64,000 bases of DNA from the human T2T-CHM13v2.0 reference genome, Homo sapiens: assembly GCF_009914755.1 (NCBI RefSeq), contig NC_060931.1. The stretch is one strand, 5' to 3'. Position numbers and translations under genes: made by a program. Below the pieces are notes generated by a model that did not search any database, was not told the DNA's origin, and saw only the letters and a list, made by a program, of their open reading frames with translations. The first letter of the stretch is position 1; the number at the start of each line of letters is the position of its first letter. Below are positions 1 to 31,388 of the stretch, in pieces.

Positions 1-129
1 TGGTGGAACCTGGGTCTTTTTGACTCAGGTCCAGTTTTTTTTGACAACTCTTGTAATCCGTCACTACCCTCCTCTCGGTGCTGGGAGCAAGCACGCCTCA
101 GGGAGGAGGCAAGATTTCCTCTATGTATC

Positions 130-535
130 TATTTTGAGACAGGGCCTCACTCTGTTCCCCAGGCTAGAGTGCAGTGGTGCAATCAAGGCTCACTGCAGCC
201 CTGAACTCCTGGGCTCAAACAGTCCTCCTGGCTTAGCCTCCCCAGTAGCTAGGACCACAGGGGCATCCCACCAAGCCCAGTTATTATTTTTTTGTGTGTA
301 GATGGGATCTTGCTATGTTGCCCAGGCTAGTCCTGAACTCTTGGGCTTAAGTCCTCCCTCCTCGACCTTCCCAAGTGCTGGGATCACAGGTGTGAGCCAA
401 TGTGCCTGGCCCTAAATATTCTGTAAAGGGGCCTTGCTATGTTGCCCAGGCAGGTCTCCAACTCCTGGGCTCAAGTGATTCTCCCACGTCGGCCTCCCAA
501 AGCGCTGGGATTGCAGGCGTGAGCCATCTCAGCTG
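130..535 (-). mobile_element. Antisense Alu (old, AluJ-like) plus a partial Alu monomer
   Basis: T-tract followed by GAGACAGGG..CCCAGGCTAGAGTGCAGTGG..AGTGCTGGGATCACAGG, the Alu consensus in reverse. Confidence 0.85.
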
Positions 536-1169
536 GTCTTCCTATTAAGTCTCACACTCAATTCACTGAGAGGGGCCTTGGTGTTACTCCCGGGGGTGGT
601 AATCCATTGAATCTGGGCGGTCCATACTCTGTTTAGGGCGTTAACTTACAGCCTATTTCATCCAAATACTGAGCGGGGTTAAGACTGAGATCTGCCAATT
701 TTACTTAAAGACGGGGCGTCTTTGTCGAGGAAAAGCAGGAACGGCGGACTTTGCATTTAGTGCGCACTGTGGCACCCAATTTTGGCTGGATATTTGGAGC
801 AGAAAATGGTGGGATACGATGCTTTAAAATGGTTGCTTCCACCTTCCATCCCCTAAGCGCCTGCGCTTCCCAAGCCCACGCCCTGCCCGAGGAGGGGACG
901 AAATCACCCCCGGTGAGGTCAGGAGGCCCGTGGGGGGAACATGGCTGGATGAGAACCGTCTTAGGACCCCGACACATCTGGGGTCGCGCGATCCTCGACT
1001 TCCGCTCTCCCTTCGCGCCCAGAGGGCTTGTTCGCCTCCCGAGGCCGCGCTTGGCCCAGCCGAGGTCCCGTAGTTCCTAACGCTCGAGCCGTTATCGTCT
1101 CGAAAAGCCGCGCGAGACTTGCGAGATCCCCGCCCCTTTCCCATCACGCCCTGCTCTCCCCGCCCTTCG

Positions 1170-1432
1170 CGCTCGGTTTGTTAGTTCCAGTTCCGGCCGC
1201 GAGGGTGGAGCTTTGTGCCTCGGAGGCGTGGGTGACGCAGGCGCAGCGCGGGCTGCGCGCGCTACTGCCCATCCCCGGTTGTCCCACTTTTGTTCGCCTC
1301 TCTTCGGCCCTCTACTCAAGAGCTCCGTCTCCGTCTCGCCCTCCTCGAAGTCCTCGTCGCGCGCCCGCGACCCAGGTCGCCCTGAAATCTAGCCCGTCCG
1401 AGCGCGAGTCCAACGGCCGCGGCCGCACCAAG
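1170..1432 (+). other. SRRT: SRRT non-coding exon 1 (5' end approximate)
   Basis: Donor AAG|GTGGGG after 1432; pyrimidine tract and CAG acceptor ending at 1676 ahead of the ATG exon. Confidence 0.65.
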
Positions 1433-1694
1433 GTGGGGGAGGGGAGGAGCCTGGGGGGCCCCGCTGGGGCGGGAGAGGAACCGGGGTCCACGGGGGCGGG
1501 CGCGGAGAAACTCGGGGCGAGTGGAGGTGTTGGAGCCGCGTTCTCAGGCCTAGGATGGTGGGGGCCGCGGAGGGCTGGCCTTGGCGGGAGGGAAGCGGGC
1601 GAGCTGCCCGCGAGGGACGGTCCCTTCCTCCGCTCGTCCTTTTGCACCACTCCTACCGCCTCTCCCCGGTCCCCAGGCCCCCTCAGACCGTGCC

Positions 1695-14651
<12,957 letters not shown>

Positions 14652-14745
14652 GCCGTCCCCCGTTCCTCAGTCCTGTATCATCCATACTTGTACTACCTTG
14701 TCCTATGAAGCTCTGAGAATTTTTTGTACGATCAGCCTTACTGCT

Positions 14746-14751
14746 AATAAA
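14746..14751 (+). terminator. SRRT: SRRT polyadenylation signal AATAAA
   Basis: AATAAA 95 nt after the stop; upstream TGTA motifs and downstream GT-rich CGTGTGTT. Confidence 0.85.
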
Positions 14752-14842
14752 AGCACTTCCACAGGGCTCCTGACTCTCGTGTGTTACATAACTCCTCCAT
14801 CCTTCCAGAGTAACTCCTGAGGTGTTGCTCAGCCCTGCCACT

Positions 14843-14848
14843 TTTATT
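14843..14848 (-). terminator. UFSP1: UFSP1 polyadenylation signal AATAAA
   Basis: TTTATT on + strand about 100 nt beyond the UFSP1 stop. Confidence 0.8.
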
Positions 14849-14944
14849 ATTGATGTCAAAAGCGCCAGGCTTTGCAGGGACACCAGTGGGAGGTACATAG
14901 GTGCGTGTCTGGGACCCGAGAATCTCAGTTCTGTAACTTCGTCC

Positions 14945-15601
14945 TCAGTCCAAGGTGCGCTGCTGCTGTTGGGAGCTAAGGCTGGTCAAGCACAGGTTGT
15001 AGAAGGAGTTGGGGTCAAAGGCTGCACTCACCTCTTGCCAGCCCACCCACCCAGCAGCCTGTAGTTCACTGGGGCTTTTTGGAGTGCCCCAGTAGTGAGG
15101 GTCCAATACCAGGACATAGGCTTCCGTGCCTGACCCGACGCAGACTCCCAGCAAGGCCTTGGACCTGGCATCTGCGTCCCCCCCAACCATGACTGGGCCC
15201 CCACCCCCTGCGAAGTGCGAGTAAAGCCTCTCCACCTCCCCGTGCAGCCCCACTCCCCGGGGTACGTGGCAGAGGCGTCCCTGGGGCCCTCCGAAGTGAG
15301 CGAGGCAGAGGCTGGCCTCCACGCAGCCGATCCAGTCCCGGGAGCCCCGGAAGCCGGGGGGCTTGTCGCCCATGTCCTCCAGGGCCGCCTGTACGGCGGC
15401 CAGTCCAGGTACGCCCGCGGGCTGGCCCTCTGGCCACGAGCACAGCGTCTGCAGAGTGCGGTAGCCGCAGCCCCAGCCGCGGTCGTCCAGGCCGTCGCAG
15501 CCGTAGTGGTAGTAGAGGTAGTGGCCCGAGAGCAGCGCCAGGCGGACAGGGCCGCGGCTCGGCGGGGACAGGCCCACGTGGACGTCCCTCAGCGGCTCCA
15601 G
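14945..15601 (-). CDS. UFSP1: UFM1-specific peptidase 1, intronless; 218 aa from CUG at 15601 (the AUG at 15373 gives a 142-aa form lacking the catalytic Cys)
   Basis: Peptidase C78 motifs: [17 protein letters not shown] (Cys box) and VLDPHYWG (DPH box); CUG in GCC-CTG-G context. Confidence 0.9.
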   Translation of the reverse strand: MEPLRDVHVGLSPPSRGPVRLALLSGHYLYYHYGCDGLDDRGWGCGYRTLQTLCSWPEGQPAGVPGLAAVQAALEDMGDKPPGFRGSRDWIGCVEASLCLAHFGGPQGRLCHVPRGVGLHGEVERLYSHFAGGGGPVMVGGDADARSKALLGVCVGSGTEAYVLVLDPHYWGTPKSPSELQAAGWVGWQEVSAAFDPNSFYNLCLTSLSSQQQQRTLD

Positions 15602-16087
15602 GGCGGTGGGCGGGAGCGGAGGTCCCAGGCCAGGCACAGCGTCCTCCTAGCGGCGCGGAGCGACCTCAGGCTCCAACACTTCCTTTCGGCTCCGGGTCTT
15701 GGGCCAGCTGCCGCAGGACCGGCGCGCAGACTGGGGACGCGCTCCCCGGGCCTCGTTGATCACCGCAGGCCGCAATAGGCAGCCACCGACCGGCACCGAC
15801 CGAGGAGCTCCCACAATGCTCCGCCGCGCCCCGCCCCGCCCCGCCCCTCCCCTCCCCTCTCCTCCCCTCCGCCGTGCCAGCTAGCCTGCCTGCGGGCCTC
15901 ATTACGCAGGCGCGAGCTCCGCCCGGCAGGGCAGGGCTAGGGGTTGGCCTTTGCCTTGCGCCCGCCTCGGAGCTCGCCTGTTTCTTGCCCTCCAGCCCCG
16001 CTCCTGCATAGACTCGGCCCCCGTGATTCCGGCGTTCTGCCTCTACCCCTGGCTCCCTAGTCGCGCACACTCCCGTGGCTGTAACAG

Positions 16088-16093
16088 TTTATT
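16088..16093 (-). terminator. ACHE: ACHE polyadenylation signal
   Basis: TTTATT on + strand about 200 nt beyond the exon-6 stop. Confidence 0.85.
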
Positions 16094-16230
16094 GGCAGCC
16101 CAGAGGGGCGAAGGCACCGCGGGGGAGGGAGCTCAGCCTGAGACATGCAGAGGACCGGGAGCCCCGGGGGACGTCGGGGTGGGGTGGGGATGGGCAGAGT
16201 CTGGGGCTCGTCTGTGTTATAGCCCAGCCC

Positions 16231-16250
16231 TGAAATAAATAGTATATACA
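16231..16250 (-). promoter_or_regulatory. ACHE: AU-rich element in the ACHE 3'UTR
   Basis: mRNA-sense UGUAUAUACUAUUUAUUUCA island in an otherwise GC-rich UTR. Confidence 0.55.
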
Positions 16251-16295
16251 GCTAGGGGGCCGGGCGGAGCGGAGGACATGGGGGTCCCGCCGGGG

Positions 16296-20709
<4,414 letters not shown>

Positions 20710-21888
20710 TCACGGACGGGCAGCGCCGCTGGGGGAGCTTGCGGCGGCCTGAAGGCGCAGCCCCGCTCTCCTGGGTCGGCCAGACCCGGGGCCCTGGGGG
20801 GCGGTGGGCTGGGCATTCAGGGTGTGGAAGCCTCAGGTCCCGGGGTCCCCCAAATCCTGCCTAGTCCACTCCCCACCCAACCCTGCCCCTTCTCATCCAA
20901 TGTCTGGCACCGAGCGCTGATGCCCGCGGGTTCCCATCAGCTGCGCACGCTCCCAGCCCAGCCCCAGCAAACAGGCTCGCCAGCCCGCGTCCCCCAGGAC
21001 TCGAGAGCCCCCCATCCGTCTGAAGCTGCCGTACACGCCGCCGCCGGCGGAGGGCAGTAGAGACCGAGAAAAGGTCGGCGCTCCCCGCCCCGAGCCAGGA
21101 GCCGGGAACTTGGGGAGGGGGCCTGGGGGCTCGAGGGCCTTGCAGAGCCGCCTGAAGGGCGAGCCGGGACGCCTGCGTTCCCGGGACTCCGGAGATCCCC
21201 GGCTGCAGGGGCGGGGGCGCTATTTTGGGGGCAGCAGCTGCTACGGTTCCGGCATCTCCAGCCAAAGGATCAAAATTCCCCGGGTGGGAACTCCCCCCTC
21301 TCCCGCCGGTCACTCCTAGCCCAGCCCCCGCCGCCCTGAGCGGGGGGTGGTGGTGCTGCTGGAGATTAACTAGGAAACCCGAGTGGCGCTAATTATAACT
21401 CGGGGCTTCCGCCGAGCCTCCCCTTCCCAAAAAATAGAGATGGAGTCTCCGCGGGAGGGGGCGTCCTGGGCCTCGGAGGGGGCCTCTGCGGGGCGCTGCG
21501 CAGGGGCGCTGGGCTTGTGGCCCTGGGGATGGGGGTGCCCAGCCCGGCGCCGGGAACCTGCGCAGCTCGGGTACCGCCCCAATTAGGGGGTGTCTTCCAG
21601 TGGCCCCGGACTAGGGAGCGATCGGGGAAGGGGTGCTCGGGGGTCCCCGCGGGAATCGGAGCGCAGAGGCGGCGGCCGTTCCCGCGGGCTCGGGCTCCTG
21701 CGTGGGCGTCGGTGAGTGTGAGGCGGCCGGGGAAGAGTTCCGGACGAGTGCGGGGCAGCGGAGGGCGGCGCGGGGCAGGCCCGGGGAAGCGGGAGCCGTC
21801 CCGTTAGGGGGGCCTGGACCCCTCAGGGAGCGCACGGTGCCCCGGACCCGGGCCTTAAGGAGAGTCCCGGGCGGGGAGGGAGACTCAC

Positions 21889-21990
21889 CTGAGGCGGCCG
21901 AGCCGGGCCGGGCCGGGCCGCGCCGGGAGCTGGAGGCGGCCGATGTTCCCCGGCGCAGGCTGAGCCGACTCTGACAGCCGCCGCCTCCGG
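21889..21990 (-). other. ACHE: ACHE main non-coding exon 1 (5' end approximate)
   Basis: Consensus donor CAG|GTGAGT at 21889/21888 just downstream of the GC-box cluster. Confidence 0.75.
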
Positions 21991-22639
21991 CCCCCCGCAC
22001 ACACCCCCTCCGGGCCTCACAGCGCCCCCGCCCGCCCCCGCCCACTGTCTCCGCCCCCGCCCCTCCCCGCTCTCCCGGGTGGCCACCTCCCCTCTCTCTC
22101 CCTCCCTTGGAGCCGAGACCCGGAGACCCCGGGGCCCAGACGCACTCCAGTGCCAGACGCCGACCGACGACAGAGCACAGTGACAGACGCGACCCAAAGA
22201 CCTGCAGCGGCGGAGTAGACACCCACGTGACAGACAGACGGACAGAAGCCCGTGGAGACAGACACGCGCAGACGGACGACCTCATGCAGTGACAGGCACA
22301 GACAAACGCAGGGACGACTTTCACAGACGGACGGACACACTTGGACACCCTGTCGGTCTCGCTCGAGGCTGGTGAAGTTAGCGCAAGGCCAAGGGGTCAT
22401 GCATCCCCGGCCACGACACAGACGGGTGGCATGGGAGGAGAGGCATGTGGGAGTGTGGCAGAGGACCGTCCCCTTAGGGGTCCAGGTGGCACGGGTGCAG
22501 AAAAGGTGACGTGGGACACTCCTGGGGATGAAAGGACACCTGTGGGAATGGAGATGTAAAATGGGATCGCTAGTGGAAATGAGGTGGGAGGGCATGGAGA
22601 CAGGAGACCCCTGGGGGAGGAAGGGGTGACTTGGGACAC

Positions 22640-22817
22640 CTGAGAAGGCAGGACAGCGTGGTAGCACGCGCAAGGCTGCTGGGCGAGGCCGCACTCCGCG
22701 GCGGCAGTGGAAACTTCTGGAACCCCCGCGGGTGGGTCTGTGCTGGTTCCCTGACGGGTGACTTCGGACTTTCGTCACCAGGGTCCGGTCGGGGCATGAC
22801 ATCACCAGGCCTAGCAT
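22640..22817 (-). CDS. ACHE: ACHE upstream alternative coding exon (N-terminally extended N-AChE)
   Basis: ATG at 22817 starts MLGLVMSCPDRTL...PAFS; donor G|GTGTCC; splicing to 20336 gives an in-frame 66-aa extension. Confidence 0.7.
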
Positions 22818-24749
22818 TCATTGGCCACGCGGCTGGCAGGTGGGAGCGGCCTGGCTCGGGCGCCCCCAGCCTGCTCCGAGGGGCCTGACCCGCGCAGATT
22901 GCCCCCCGCCCCGCCCTCCAGGAGTTCACCCGTGTGGACAGGGCTGCTGCAGCGGGGTCCCCACGACCGAGGTGCATGCGGCAATACCGCGCGGCGCCTG
23001 CTTCCTGGAGGCGGCCGGCTCAGGAGCCCCCGAGACCCCGCGTGGGAGAGCGGCCGGCGCAGGCCAGCGTCGGGCGTGCGTGCGCGCGCGCGGCGGTGCG
23101 GGGCGCGGCGTGGGGTGGGCGCGTGCGCACACGCTCGCTCTAACCGCCGCGCGCCCCGCAGCGCCCCGCAGCGCCTCGGGCACGCGGGCGCCGCCGCCAG
23201 GGACCGCGGGCACCGGGTTGCGGGGCCTCGCAGGGGTTGAATCCGGAGTCTTGCCAGTCCCTGGGCCGCGCGGTTCCCGGCTCTCCAAGCTGGGCGGGCC
23301 CCACGCCCGCTCGCCCCACGGGAACCGGGTCCCGCAGGCACGGTCACCCGCGCTCCGCTCGCTGGAGACGGCCGCCAGGTGGCGCAAAAAGCAGCCACTC
23401 GGGCCTCGGAGACTGTGCTGGGTTGTTGGTGTTGGGGAGGTGAACCCCTCGCCATCTGTGCCCACTGTCTCCGGCTTTCCCCGCCCCAATCTCAGGCAAC
23501 CCCAAATCCCCTGCCTGGACACCGAGGCTCCTTGTATCCGGCCTTCAGCGTTCTGGCCGCACTAGTTGAAGGCTCCTCACTGGCCAGACCATGTGCCCTA
23601 GTTGAGATCCCTGAAGAGCAGATGTAAGGGCTGTGCATGGGGGAGGGGACAGGAGGGTGGATGGTGGGTGTTGCTGCGGGGGGAATGAATCTGAGGCAGG
23701 TTTCTAAGCGTGGTAATTATGAATTATTAAAATGATGGGGCCGCGTGTGGCCCCTAGTGCGGTGCCTGTAATCCCAGCACTCTGGGAGGCCGAGACAGGA
23801 GGATCGCTTCAGTCCAGGAGTTGGAGACTAGCCTGGGCAACATAGCGAGACTCCCTTCTCCGCAAAAAAATAAAATGATGGAAACAAACTGTGAACGAGT
23901 GCTCTGAGGCCTGCCCCAGTCCTGAGGCTTTAGGGATTTTTGGCCCTGCTAGTGATGAAGGCTTGCCCCTGTCACCCTCCAGACGAACTGTGCCACGCAG
24001 GTGTCACCTAACCTCTGTCGTCACGAGTTTCTAGGCCTGTACAATGAAGATAGGGAGGGCAGGGATAGTTTATCACCAGGGTTATCATTTCCTGGAACTA
24101 TCCCTCTTTTCACCTTGAGCTCTCAGCAACCGTTGTCAACACAGGCACCTAACCTGTCAAGCCAGGAGGCGTTTCCCTACATAGTCTAGCATAGTAAACT
24201 CCCCACCCTCCACAGCTGTCACTGCAGGGATGTCCTTGATTTTTCCCATTTCTTCTCTCACCATTTCTGTTTATCCAGGAATGAGCCTTGCTTCTACTAC
24301 CAGTTCTGCCAATTCAGAGAATTTCCCTACCCCTCTTTTATCTCTGTCTCCCACCTTGGAAGGAAGCGCCATTTTTTTTTTTTAGACAGAGTCTCGCTCT
24401 GTCGCCCAGGCTAGAGTGTAGAGATGATGCCATCTCAGCTCGCTGCAACCTCTGCCTCCTGGGCTCAAGGATTCTCCTCTCCCAGCCTCCTGAGTAGCTG
24501 GGACTAGAGGCGCCTGCCACCACACCCGGCTAATTTTTGTATATTTAGCAGAGGTGGGGTTTCACCATGTTGGCCAGGCTGGTCTCGAACTCCTGACCTC
24601 AGGTGATCCTCCTGCCTCAGCCTCCCAAAGTGTTGGGATTACAGGCATGAGCTGCCATGCCTGGCAGGGAACCCCACTTCTATTACAGACCTTGATCCAC
24701 ATCTTCTAACACAAAAGATTCTTATTTCCTCTATTTATTGGTTAATATT

Positions 24750-25765
<1,016 letters not shown>

Positions 25766-26678
25766 GAACAGTATCTCCTATTTATTTATTTATTTGACAG
25801 AGTCTCACTCTGTCGCCCCAGGCTGGAGTGCAGTGGCACTCGGCTCACTGCAACCTCCACTTCCCAGGTTCAAGTGATTCTCCCACCTCAGCCTCCTGAG
25901 TAGCTGGGATTACAGGTGCGCACCACCATGCCTGGTTAATTTTTTGTATTTTTAGTAGAGATGAGATTGCACCATGTTGGCCAGGCTGGTCTCAAACTCC
26001 TGGCCTTAAGTGATCCACCTGCCTCAGCCTCCCAAAGTGCTGGGATTACAGGCCTGAGCAACCATATCCGGCCGAACTCTTCCTTTAATGATGAGCCTTT
26101 GCCCAACCCCCCATTAATCGAGATTGTAACCTGGCAGAATTGGGAGCCTGAGGCCACACAAAGGACTTTCCTCCCTCTACCCACCCCTTCCTATGTCCCC
26201 TACTTAATGTTGGGCCAGCCTTCCTGCTGGATCCAAGTTACGTCATCCTACACAGGATAGGATGATTTCTCTTTGCGGCTTATCCATCCTTTTTACCCTT
26301 TTCTCTCTTGCTAGTTATGAGCATTTCACACATTTTTTATAGCTTGTCTCTACAAAGTCTTACTTTATTTTCACAATTTTGTTATTTATTTAACGAGTAT
26401 ACAGTATTTCCCATGCAATTCGCCAAATAACCTTTTGCTTAGTTTAGCCTCTTTTCTGGCCGGGGGTAGAGTGGAGTGCGGGTGGCATACCCTTGTGCTC
26501 AGAATTTTTTTTTTTTTGGTCTCATTCTGTCACCCGGGGTTGGAGTGAAATGGTGTGATCATATCTCATTGCAGCCTTGAAGTCCTGGGCTCAAGCAGTA
26601 ACCCTCCTTCAGCCTTCTGAATAGCTGGGACCACAGGTGGCACCACCATGCCCAGCTAATTTTTAAATATTTTATTAA

Positions 26679-26843
<165 letters not shown>

Positions 26844-27518
26844 TGAACTTGAGTGCTTCTGAAAGGAGTGAAATATGCAATTTAATTCACCAGTAGTACA
26901 TTGAACGCCATGTTGCCACTCATCTTCCCTGGTATGACCTGACGTCCATCTGACATGGTCCCTGGCATGCTGGTCCAACTGGCTGTCAGTTCCTGGTCTC
27001 ACAGGTTCCAGCCAACCCTGACTCGGTTTTCAGTTTAAATGTTAGCAGTGCATCTTGAATGGCTTCTTGGAAATAGCTGGTGAGGTTACACTAGGTGCTA
27101 TAGATGTTTGACACCCAGAGAGCTCCTGGTCACTCCTGGCTGCCCTGCAGGTATCAAGTGGCCAAGTGAGAGCTGTGCCGGAAGCACAGGTTCCATAGAT
27201 GACCTTGGCTGGGGTTTCCAGGGACACTGAGTATTTAACACAAGATTGGTGCAGAAGTGAGGAGGACTGGTTTGGGATTCTGCCACCTGGCTTGGGGACA
27301 GTGCAGGCTGGCTGTGAGGTTGGCCCAGTGGTCAGCTGGATCCCTTAAATGTCCACAACACTGGGGACAACAGGGTGGAGTGGAAGAGTAGCCCAGATCC
27401 AATGTTGCTTTCACAGTAGCATGTATGGGGAAGAAGAGCTTGTTTGCCAGCCGCTTCCTGAATGCTTTGCTAAATATCATTTCATTTAATTCTCACTTGT
27501 AGCATTCAAATGGGGTAG

Positions 27519-28171
<653 letters not shown>

Positions 28172-29612
28172 TAACAGCTGGGAAACTGAAACTGATGCCC
28201 AGAGGCATTAACATACAGGTAATCATACAGAGGTTGTTTCGTTTCATCAGCTGGTAAATTGCAGGCTTTGGACTTTGGGTGAGAACTCTGACCTGGATGG
28301 GCTGGGCTGTTTTGCAGCGACTCTCTCCTGTAACTTCTGGAAAATCAAGTAGAGTCTCTCAGGCCCTCCTGGCCCCTCCCTTCCAAGGAGAGAGGTGTGG
28401 GGTGTGTGCATTGTTGCGGGGTGGGGGTCCCTGCCCAAGTCCCTGTGCTTCCTGGGAGATGATTATCTTCTGCCTCCCATTCTCCCCCAAGTTCTTCCTC
28501 CTCTTTTTTTTTTTTTTTTTTTTGAGACAGAGTCTCACTCTATTGCCCAGGCTGGAGTTCAGTGGTGCGATTTCCCCTTATTGCAACTTCTGCCTCCCGG
28601 GTTCAAGCGAATCTCCTGCCTCAGCCTCCTGAGTAGCTGGGATTACAGACGCGTGCCACCATACCCAGCTCATTTTTGTATTTTTAGTAGAGACGGGGTT
28701 TTACCATGTTGGCCGGGCTGGTCTTGAACTCCTGACCTTGTGGTCTGCCTGCCTCGGCCTCCCAAAGTGTTGGGATTACAGGCATGAGCCACTGCGCCCG
28801 GCCCGAGTTTAAATATTGAGATGACAATTACTTCCTAGCCCCTCTCTGCGCCTGCCCTGTCTCCCTACCCTTCCTCTCCCTAACTGACTTAGAGACTGGG
28901 GCTCTGCCACAGGGGAGGGTGGGGAACCCTGGGGTCCTAGAGTGGTGGCATGTGGGCAGTGGCAGGTGCTTCCTCCCCTCCTCACTAGAGAGGTGCCCAG
29001 CAGGGCCAGGGTCGGGGCTGGGGCTGTGCTGGGAAGCTTTGGGCCATTGACACATGGGAGCTACAGCAGAAAATGGATCAGCTCAGAACATCTGGGGGCT
29101 CTCTGCATCTAGGGCGGGACTCCTCCTCCTTTATTTTTAAATTTTTAATTTTTAAAAAAGAGATGGGGGTCTCACTCTGTCACCCAGGCTGGAGTGTAGT
29201 GGTGCGATTGTAGCTCACTGTAGCCTTGTCCTCTTGGGCTCAAAGGATCCTCTCGCCTCAGCCTCCTGAGTAGCTGGGACTACAGACCCATGCCACCAAG
29301 CTTGGCTATTTTTTTTTTTTTTGGATAGATACAGGGTTTCGCTATGTTGCCCAGGCTGGCCTTGAACTCCTGGGCTTGAGCGATCCTCCTGCCTTCAGCC
29401 TCCTGAGTAGCTGGAATCGATTACAGGTGTGAGCCACCGCGCCTGGCTTCCCTACTTTCATTCAGTTGTGACACCCTCCCATCCTCGTCCTGGGCGCACT
29501 TAACAAATGTCTGTGCTGCAGGCAACAGTGATGGCGGGAAATGAGAGGGGAAAGATCTTAGATGAGTGGGGAGAAGTTATTTCCTGGCTGGGGAATATCT
29601 TTTTTTAAGTTA

Positions 29613-29735
<123 letters not shown>

Positions 29736-30333
29736 CTACCAAAAATACAAAAATTAGCTGGGTGTGGCGGTGCGTGGCTGTGGTCCCAGCTACTCAGGAG
29801 GCTGAGGTGGGAGGATGGCTTGGGCCTAGGAAGTCAAGGCTGCAGTGAGCTGAGATCGTGCCACTGCACTCCAGCCTAGGGGATAAAGGGAAACCCTGTC
29901 CTAAAAAAAAAAAAAAAAAAGTTATATTTTATTTATTTGGACAGTTAGTGAATTCATAAAATTGAAAACGTATAAAGTGAAAAGTTCTCCTCTTCCCTGC
30001 CTTCCTCGACCCAGTATTCATTCCTAAAGCAGTGTTAACTGTGGTCCTATATTGCATATATTACCCACTTTTTTTCTTCATTTTTTTCTGTAGCCCAAAC
30101 AGGTACATGCATATATCATCAACAGGTATTTTTCTGCCCTGAATCCATGTTTTTACATAATTGTAGCATCCTTTACACACTCTTCTGTACTTGACTTAAA
30201 AAAAAAAAAAGAAACCTAGCTAACAGTATATCTTAAGGATAGTTCCAGATTTGTACATCATAGACTTTCTCATTTTTTTTTTTTTTTAGACGGAGTTTAG
30301 CTCTGTCACCCAGGCTGGAGTGCAGTGGCGTGA

Positions 30334-30633
<300 letters not shown>

Positions 30634-30636
30634 TAA

Positions 30637-30768
<132 letters not shown>

Positions 30769-31133
30769 TGAGTAGCTGGGATTACAGGCATGTGCCACCA
30801 CTCTCGGCTAATTTTTTATTTTTAGTAGAGACGGGGTTTCTCCATGTTGGTCAGGCTGGTCTCGAGCTCCCGACCTCAGGTGATCTGCACGCCTTGGCCT
30901 CCCAAAGTGCTGGGATTACAGGCATGAGCCACCTTGCCCAGTTGAAAGTAACATAATTTAATTTGTCCCCTACTGATGAGCATTTAAGTTGCTTTCAGTT
31001 ACTTGCTATTACAAACTTAGTGCACAAATAATTTTGCAGTGTTGCAAGTATATCCCTGGGATAAATTCCTCAACATGTATTACTGGGTCACTAGTTATTG
31101 GTTGCCTATAGTTTTGCCAACATAGTATATTTA

Positions 31134-31388
<255 letters not shown>

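Noticed and set aside
21611-23565. Several 200-266 aa Arg/Pro/Gly-rich ORFs in the ACHE CpG island
   Set aside because: GC-content artefacts; only the first 59 codons of the 22817 ORF are supported, via a splice donor
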